Part shown: piece after piece, positions 28,375-34,350 of the stretch
How the letters are laid out: each line of letters begins with the position of its first letter
How positions within the stretch are numbered: the first letter of the stretch is position 1
Source: Promethearchaeota archaeon
GTDB lineage: Archaea; Asgardarchaeota; Lokiarchaeia; Sigyniarchaeales; SOKP01
Direction: 5' to 3'
DNA length: 34,350 nucleotides
Assembly (NCBI GenBank): GCA_016839585.1
Contig: JAEOTZ010000090.1
Location: forward strand, 1-34,350
The notes under the pieces: generated by a model
Database searches by the model: none
What the model was told of the DNA's origin: nothing
The model's input: the letters and a program-made list of their open reading frames with translations, nothing else
Made by a program: the position numbers and the translations under genes

Positions 28375-28752
28375 TTAAACTAAAACTCCATTTAATTGCC
28401 CTGTCTGTCCCGGTCTACTAGTAATTTTTGCATTTCCTAATTCGGTTTCAACAACAGCTCCTTTGGTTAAGATATGCCTACGATTCAAGGCTTTTGAAGC
28501 ATCATTTCTCTCAAAGTCTAAAATTCTCACCCTAGATGTTTTATTTGTATTAGGGTCTGTTACATTTATATACTGAGAGGAGAATAGTTTTAATTTTGTA
28601 TTTCCACCCATAACCCGTTGTTTCTTTTTCTTCTCTTCACCTATTGTAGTATCAATTGTTGGGCGTTCAAGTTCTCTTTTCCTTTTTTTCTTAAAATGCT
28701 TGTATTTTTTTCCGGTAAATTTCCTTTTACTTCGAGCTTGGCTTCTTGCCAT
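28375..28752 (-). CDS. rps8e: Small ribosomal subunit protein eS8
   Basis: RSKRKFTG, RVMGGNTK, ILTKGAVVETELGNAKITSRPGQTGQLNGVL. Confidence 0.97.
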   Translation of the reverse strand: MARSQARSKRKFTGKKYKHFKKKRKRELERPTIDTTIGEEKKKKQRVMGGNTKLKLFSSQYINVTDPNTNKTSRVRILDFERNDASKALNRRHILTKGAVVETELGNAKITSRPGQTGQLNGVLV

Positions 28753-28948
28753 GAAAGATTAACCAGTCCAATTTACTAAAATTAGTCCAATTTATTATTA
28801 TTTTTGATAAGAAAGGATATCTTTAAAATTTTTTTAAAAATCTACATTAATTATGATTTATTAAAGTAAAATAAATATAGAAACAATTTTTATTTAAGTT
28901 AAACCACTTAATTTATTATTGATAATAATAGAATAATCTTACTTTAAA

Positions 28949-29590
28949 ATGACTGAAAACAATTTAAATCCCCACAATTTAGATCAAGAGTCGATAAATA
29001 AAGCATTGCAATCCGGGACTACTACAGTTGGTATTATTGTTAGTGATGGAGTTATTATGGGTACTGAATCTCAAGCAACTGCCGGTTTCACAGTAGCTAC
29101 TAAACAAGCAAAGAAATTATTTGAAATAAATAAATACACCGCAGCGACTATATCTGGTGGTGTTGCTGATTGCCAATATGTCATTAATCAACTTTATGCT
29201 TTATCCCGATTAAAAGAAGTTGAAGAAGAGAAAATCCCCGAACCAAAATATATAGCAAGCATTACAAGAAATATTCTCTTTTCAGGCAGATCATTTTTTG
29301 TCTCTATGATGATTGTAGGGGGATATTCTCTAAAAGAAAATGCTGGAAAACTTTATGGTATCGATCTCTTAGGTACTCTTTATGAAGAAGATAAATTTAT
29401 ATCATTTGGGTCTGGATCTCCATTTTCTCTAGGTGTTTTAGAAGCTGATTGGAAACCCAATATGACAAAAGAAGATGGTATAGAGCTTGTAAAAACAGCA
29501 ATCTCAAGTTCTAGAGAAAGGGATGCCGCATCTGGATTTAAAATTCAATTATGTAGTATAGATAAAGAAGGTTTTAAGCAACTTCAATAA
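28949..29590 (+). CDS. psmB: Proteasome beta subunit with propeptide
   Basis: G|TTTVGI autoprocessing site after a 24-aa propeptide, SGGVADCQ, GSGS, RDAASG. Confidence 0.93.
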   Translation: MTENNLNPHNLDQESINKALQSGTTTVGIIVSDGVIMGTESQATAGFTVATKQAKKLFEINKYTAATISGGVADCQYVINQLYALSRLKEVEEEKIPEPKYIASITRNILFSGRSFFVSMMIVGGYSLKENAGKLYGIDLLGTLYEEDKFISFGSGSPFSLGVLEADWKPNMTKEDGIELVKTAISSSRERDAASGFKIQLCSIDKEGFKQLQ

Positions 29591-29593
29591 TAC

Positions 29594-30091
29594 TTAAGTT
29601 TTTGAATTTTTAATTTTTACCTCTATTTGCATGAATTCATTATTAAAAAGAATATATCCATTTAATTTCATATTTCTTACATTCATTATTGCCCAGATTT
29701 GATTTTTAAATGCTTTATTACCGCAATTATCTAAAAATCTCATATTAGTAAAATCAGTTTCGCTGGGATATGTACCACCGGGATGAGAATGAAAAATACT
29801 AATTAAGCGTAAATTGTCTTTTTGAAAAGCTTCTTGAAATATTCGGTTCAATTCTTCGAGATTTTTCATGAGAAAAGCAACCGGACTTTTTTGATTGGAT
29901 TCTATACAACTAAACTTTTTTCCTCTAAAATGGTATTGATATTCGCCATTATGAACTATTTCTTTAACTTCTCCGAAAAGTAATCCACACGCTTCATTAG
30001 GACTAGCATTTTTTACACATACTATTAGTTGATTTAGAAGTAGCTGATTTAAAATCAGTTTAATATCTTTTTCAAATTTAATGATTCTCAA
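29594..30091 (-). CDS. JAMM/MPN+ (M67) metalloprotease
   Basis: PNEACGLL plus FHSHPGGTYPSETD form an intact E..HxH-x-S-xx-D JAMM motif; TTG start. Confidence 0.9.
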   Translation of the reverse strand: MRIIKFEKDIKLILNQLLLNQLIVCVKNASPNEACGLLFGEVKEIVHNGEYQYHFRGKKFSCIESNQKSPVAFLMKNLEELNRIFQEAFQKDNLRLISIFHSHPGGTYPSETDFTNMRFLDNCGNKAFKNQIWAIMNVRNMKLNGYILFNNEFMQIEVKIKNSKT

Positions 30092-30109
30092 ACCTTTTCA
30101 ATATGATTT

Positions 30110-30823
30110 TCAGATTAAGGTTAATGCTGCATTCAACGCTGCTAACCTTGCTTTTTTAGTATTATCACCTAATCCAATAATTATTACGTCATTTTTTTCA
30201 AGAGATATCTTTTCAATAGTATTTTTAATTTGTAAACTTTTAAAATAATTTTGAATTGTCTTATTTATTTCTGTCTTATTTTTATCATCATCTGATAAAG
30301 ATCCTAAAGGAAATACTAATCTATCTCCATTATAGATTAAACATGTAGCACCAATACCATCAACTTTAATTGCAGCATCTCTTTGTGTCACTCCATTGGT
30401 GATCCTATTGCCTTTATTTTTCACTTGACAAATATAGGGATTTGCTTTATTTGTTTCAATAATGATATCTTTTAATATTTCTAAATTGCCTTCTATTAGA
30501 AATGGAATATGAATTTTGATTTTATTTAAATAATCCAATCCCTTTTCTGTAAGAATATGACCTTTTCTTTTACTTTCAGATTCACTTTTAGCATCTCCAT
30601 TTGGAACCGTTATAAAACCACCTCTTTGTTTTAATTTTTTAATTAGAGATCTTGATGTCCCCGAGCCAATTAATAACTCTTTTTGTAATCGATATCTCCC
30701 AATTCCTTCTAAATTTTCTCCAAAAATGAATAAAGCTAGAATTATATGAACTTTCTCAAATGTTGGTTTTATTGTAGTACTTTCAAATAATTCGTTTAAT
30801 TCTTGAAACATTATTACATTCAA
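30110..30823 (-). CDS. Winged-helix protein with DUF4443-like C-terminal domain
   Basis: GIGRYRLQKELLIGSGTSRSLIKKL HTH, GHILTEKG wing, GVTQRDAAIKVDGIGATCL. Confidence 0.8.
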   Translation of the reverse strand: MNVIMFQELNELFESTTIKPTFEKVHIILALFIFGENLEGIGRYRLQKELLIGSGTSRSLIKKLKQRGGFITVPNGDAKSESESKRKGHILTEKGLDYLNKIKIHIPFLIEGNLEILKDIIIETNKANPYICQVKNKGNRITNGVTQRDAAIKVDGIGATCLIYNGDRLVFPLGSLSDDDKNKTEINKTIQNYFKSLQIKNTIEKISLEKNDVIIIGLGDNTKKARLAALNAALTLI

Positions 30824-30955
30824 GTATAATTAATTAATAAGTATAAAAAAAAATGATGTTTAAAAAAAATAAAATTTAAAATATAATTACATTAATTATC
30901 TAGTAAATTAAAAATCAGTTCAGAATTCCGCAATTACAAATTTGTATTATAAGAC

Positions 30956-31939
30956 ATGAATAATAAAGAGAAAGAAGCAAGCCCAGACCAAGTACAAGAT
31001 CTTGTTATTTTTAAAACTAAGATTGAATATAAAAGAGAGGAAAAAGACAAATATCTATTTGAAACAATTGACCAAGAAGATAAAATTAAATTAGAATATG
31101 ATTTTAGACCTTTTAGTGGTCATTATCTTTATGCAATTCTATTAAGTAACCAGAGTTTAGCCCCTATAACCGGCGTTAAGATTAAAATTAAATATCCTGA
31201 ATTTTTATCTCTTACTAGGTGTACACCTCCAACAATAAGCATTCCTCCTTCTGTTGAGCAAAGAGGTTCAAAACAACTAAATTTAGAATTTGGTGAATTT
31301 AATGAAAATAGTAGAAAACAAATTAATTTACACTTCAAAGCTTTATCACTAAAAAATGTAGGGGAGTTAAGAACAATTGTTACCTATGTCAATAATAAAG
31401 ATTTCGTAAGGGTTCTTAATTCAGAACCAGTAGAAATCAGAATTGATAAATTAAATATAACACCTAAGATAATACCAAGTTTTCAACTAAAAAAGATTCT
31501 ACAAATACCTGGTATTAAAAAAGCAATTAAAAGTTTCGGAGTAGGAATAAATATTGATTTAGATATATTTTTCAATATTATTGAACAAATCCTTAGAGCT
31601 CATAATTTTCAATTAATTGCTAAGGATCTCGATAACAAGATAATTTGGTATTTAGGAACTGATTTGGAGTCAGAAGAAGATATATTAATAATTGGTCAGA
31701 TAGTATCAAATAAAGTAGAAGTTATTGCGGCTTCTCAAAATCACCATATTATCATCTCAATTTTAACCCAAATTTCAAATGATTTTAAAGAACGTATTTT
31801 AAGAAGAGGAATTGTAAGTTCCATAGATCATATCTATGAACTAGAATGTAAATATTGCGGCGCTGTTCTGCCTTACTTTCCTAAAAAAGGAGAAAGTATA
31901 GAATGTGAAAAATGTAATTACGAACAAATAGTATGGTAA
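30956..31939 (+). CDS. Adaptin-appendage-like protein (Ig-like sandwich plus platform) with C-terminal zinc ribbon
   Basis: Beta-sandwich (ILLSNQSLAPITGVKIKIKYP...GEFNENSRKQINLHF), then alpha/beta platform pattern (QILRAHNFQLIAKD..IIWYLG..ILIIGQI..VEVIAAS..helix), then CKYCG...CEKC. Confidence 0.65.
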   Translation: MNNKEKEASPDQVQDLVIFKTKIEYKREEKDKYLFETIDQEDKIKLEYDFRPFSGHYLYAILLSNQSLAPITGVKIKIKYPEFLSLTRCTPPTISIPPSVEQRGSKQLNLEFGEFNENSRKQINLHFKALSLKNVGELRTIVTYVNNKDFVRVLNSEPVEIRIDKLNITPKIIPSFQLKKILQIPGIKKAIKSFGVGINIDLDIFFNIIEQILRAHNFQLIAKDLDNKIIWYLGTDLESEEDILIIGQIVSNKVEVIAASQNHHIIISILTQISNDFKERILRRGIVSSIDHIYELECKYCGAVLPYFPKKGESIECEKCNYEQIVW

Positions 31940-31998
31940 GTACAATATTACTAACTAGGATAAAAACTAACTATCCTTACAAAAAATAAAAAAAAAGA

Positions 31999-32733
31999 TT
32001 AGAATTTCTCTTCTAATTTCTTTTTATATATATAAATCAATGAAAGAATTGCAAATCCACTACTAATCAAAAAGAGATTTCCGAAAGATATAGTTGGACC
32101 AGAATCTGTCTTTAATACCAACCAATACTGAAAATTTTCAGGATCATCTTCTAAAAAAGCGATAACTACATTATCAGATATCCAATCTTTATTAAACATC
32201 CACATATATACCAAATCAGTTGAACTCCTATATCCAAAAAAAGTAAATATTCCATACTTAGTTAAAGCATCCTTAGGATTAAAGAAGGATCCGTAGAAAT
32301 CAAGCAAACCCAGAGCAAAACCATCAACATAATCGGGAGGGATGAAAAAACCGTGTTCAGTGATTAGAGTATAAATTGTTGTTATATTTGCCATTGAATT
32401 AAAATAAATAAACGTTTGATTATCTAAAAGAGTCGTTGTTAATTCAGTCTGACTATTATATTCTGTAATTGTAGCATTTAATTCAGTTGCATTCCCTCCT
32501 AACAACGATCTAATGGATGTTATTGTTATTTCATATTTAGATTTAACTGGCAGAAAACCAAGAATTTCATTAGATTCCTTAACAACCCATGTGTATGTTT
32601 TTCCTTCTTTAACTCCCCATTCAATATCAGGATCAGCAAGTTGCAAATCCCCTAAGGCAAAAGGGGTTAGTGTAAACGGGATTATTAAACTAAACATTAC
32701 CAATAGTATTAAAAATATTTTTTTTGCTTTCAT
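31999..32733 (-). CDS. Secreted, C-terminally anchored surface protein (Loki-CTERM-like)
   Basis: Signal peptide MKAKKIFLILL...; WGVKEGKTYTW; C-terminal ISFG + TM helix + KKK. Confidence 0.78.
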   Translation of the reverse strand: MKAKKIFLILLVMFSLIIPFTLTPFALGDLQLADPDIEWGVKEGKTYTWVVKESNEILGFLPVKSKYEITITSIRSLLGGNATELNATITEYNSQTELTTTLLDNQTFIYFNSMANITTIYTLITEHGFFIPPDYVDGFALGLLDFYGSFFNPKDALTKYGIFTFFGYRSSTDLVYMWMFNKDWISDNVVIAFLEDDPENFQYWLVLKTDSGPTISFGNLFLISSGFAILSLIYIYKKKLEEKF

Positions 32734-33388
32734 AATATTGGATTTAAAAATTTATTTTTATAATAATAATTTCCATACAAATATTTAATAATTTCTTTAA
32801 GTGTTAGCTTTTTACTTATTCTTTTTACCCTTTAATCAGAATTATTTTCTATTACAAAATTAGGGGGAAAAAGTTTACATAATGAATTTCTTTTAAAATC
32901 TTCCCTTAAATAATTCCTAATCAATTAAATCTTTCTCTAAATGAATCAAATTCCTAAAATTATCGGGAATTTTATTTCATTTGGTTAATCCTCGTAAGGT
33001 TTTTACAATAAACTAGATTTTTTTAACTTATATGAAACACAAAAATTCTTAATTTAGCATCTCAGAATTTGATCGAATTTTTTATTTCTTTGAAAAAAAT
33101 TATCCATTATTCTAATATGTAGATATTGAAGAATATATATGATATTAAAGTTCTAATTTTTAACAGAAATTATGTTTTCATAAAAAAATTCTAACTTTCA
33201 CGAGATTGATCACTTTTATTAATTTGAATTTTGTCGTTTAATTTTTTTCATTTTTTTCTTCATAAAATTAAGTATGAATCAAAATCTTTAAATATCTAAA
33301 AGATGTATAACTATATAACTAACTATTAAAAAATAACTAAAATTCATAAAATTTATTATATAATTAATTAAAAAGTGGAGGAATAAAA

Positions 33389-33604
33389 ATGAGTGAATAT
33401 ATTAGTTGGAGTCCTATTAGAAGATTAATGAAGCACAATGGGGCAGTTATCGTAGCTCGTGATGCTGTTGATGAATTAGTTGATTGGATGGGTCAAAGCG
33501 CTGAAAAAATTACAAAAGTAGCCTTAAACTTAACCAAACACTCCAAAAGAAAGAAAGTAACAAAGGACGACATTCTCTTAGCCATTAAATACTTTAAAGG
33601 TTAA
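33389..33604 (+). CDS. Archaeal histone (HMf-type histone fold)
   Basis: SPIRRLMKHNGA..VARDAV...HSKRKKVTKDDILLA histone-fold motif; GGAGGA SD at 33377-33382. Confidence 0.95.
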   Translation: MSEYISWSPIRRLMKHNGAVIVARDAVDELVDWMGQSAEKITKVALNLTKHSKRKKVTKDDILLAIKYFKG

Positions 33605-33793
33605 ATAATAGGGCTTTCTACAGCAAAAATAAGAAAAATATAAGTTAAATACTAACCAAATCACTTAATTTCTTTTTTTTCTTATTATTTTTTATAACCT
33701 TTATTCTCTAATCTCTTAAGAATTTTAATCTTAAGATTTAAAATAAGAAGTCATTAATATTGTAATGGATGCATTTCTTTTTCATATTTTTTG

Positions 33794-33842
33794 CCATAAC
33801 TGTGATTATAGTTATGCAATAATCATAACATCACAGTTATGG
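33794..33842. repeat. Long nested inverted repeat
   Basis: CCATAACTGTGAT(33794-33806)/ATCACAGTTATGG(33830-33842) perfect 13-bp arms with an inner GTTATG/CATAAC pair. Confidence 0.85.
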
Positions 33843-33930
33843 AATTTTTTTAAAAAATTAATTAGAATAATTATAATAAATCACTACTGTCTCTTATTTT
33901 AATTATATTAATTAAATTAATAAAAAATAT

Positions 33931-34350
33931 ATGAAATTAGGTTCTCAGGAGTATTATAACGGACTTTATTTGAAAAAGGATGAAGTTCTTTATCGACATT
34001 ATCAAAGCAATATAGTTAATCGTTGTAAAAATAAAAATTCCTTAGTTATATTGCCAACTGGGTTAGGAAAGACAATTATTGGCATTTTAATAATAGCAAA
34101 TGCCCTAATTAAATATTCCAAGTCAAAAATCGTTATACTTGCTCCAACACGACCTTTAGTTTCACAACATAAGTCATCCTGTCAAAAATTTCTAGACATA
34201 AATATCGAAAAAATTGTATTGCTTACCGGAAAAATACCTCCAGAGAAACGAACTTTATTATTTAACAATTCTAGAATAATTGTTTCTACTCCTCAAGTAA
34301 TTAAAAATGATTTAATAAGGGGAAGATATGATCTCACTCAAGTTTCACTA
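33931..34350 (+). CDS. hef: Hef/FANCM (ERCC4-like) SF2 helicase, N-terminal part; runs off the right edge
   Basis: Manual translation from ATG 33931: YRHYQ (Q motif), SLVILPTGLGKT (Walker A), LAPTRPLVSQH, LLTG, VSTPQVIKNDL. Not in the ORF track. Confidence 0.9.
   Translation, partial: MKLGSQEYYNGLYLKKDEVLYRHYQSNIVNRCKNKNSLVILPTGLGKTIIGILIIANALIKYSKSKIVILAPTRPLVSQHKSSCQKFLDINIEKIVLLTGKIPPEKRTLLFNNSRIIVSTPQVIKNDLIRGRYDLTQVSL

Noticed and set aside
31957-31977. AGGATA/TATCCT hairpin between convergent genes as a terminator
   Set aside because: Only a 6-bp stem in AT-rich DNA, plausible by chance; the neighbouring U-tract is sufficient for archaeal termination.
3790-32788. Short antisense ORFs in the track (3790, 4264, 7007, 7714, 9029, 10079, 10519, 11703, 12467, 15420, 15648, 16101, 19509, 22582, 22921, 23622, 25615, 31129, 32513)
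   Set aside because: All lie opposite well-supported genes and have no motifs; they are shadow ORFs.
33389-33604. Eukaryote-like tailed histone
   Set aside because: The histone fold starts within the first few residues; there is no Lys-rich N-terminal tail.
1-34350. CRISPR array, rRNA or IS transposase
   Set aside because: No regularly spaced direct repeats, no long GC-rich structural RNA and no transposase motifs were seen.

Overview
Very AT-rich archaeal chromosomal window, most consistent with an Asgard archaeon (Lokiarchaeia-like). That assignment is an inference from the archaeal GluRS, SRP19, rps8e, proteasome beta subunit, histone and Hef helicase, a Loki-CTERM-like surface protein, zinc-ribbon membrane proteins and an adaptin-appendage-like protein. 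About 30 CDSs are supportable, including two edge-truncated genes absent from the ORF track (a bPH_2 membrane protein at the left and a Hef/FANCM-like helicase at the right). Two minus-strand tRNA genes, Arg(GCG) and Pro(GGG), each carry two BHB-type introns, at canonical 37/38 and non-canonical T-loop 58/59. The most striking element is a free-standing, apparently membrane-anchored two-motif LAGLIDADG endonuclease directly downstream of the double-intron tRNA-Arg. Other points of interest are an adaptin-ear-like protein, a putative lipid-catabolism cluster with two SCP2-like proteins and a non-canonical ALDH, MtxX outside a methanogenesis context, several structured intergenic elements and paired palindromic operators. 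No CRISPR array, rRNA, integrase or transposase was seen. All calls come from reading motifs by eye; no database searches were run.
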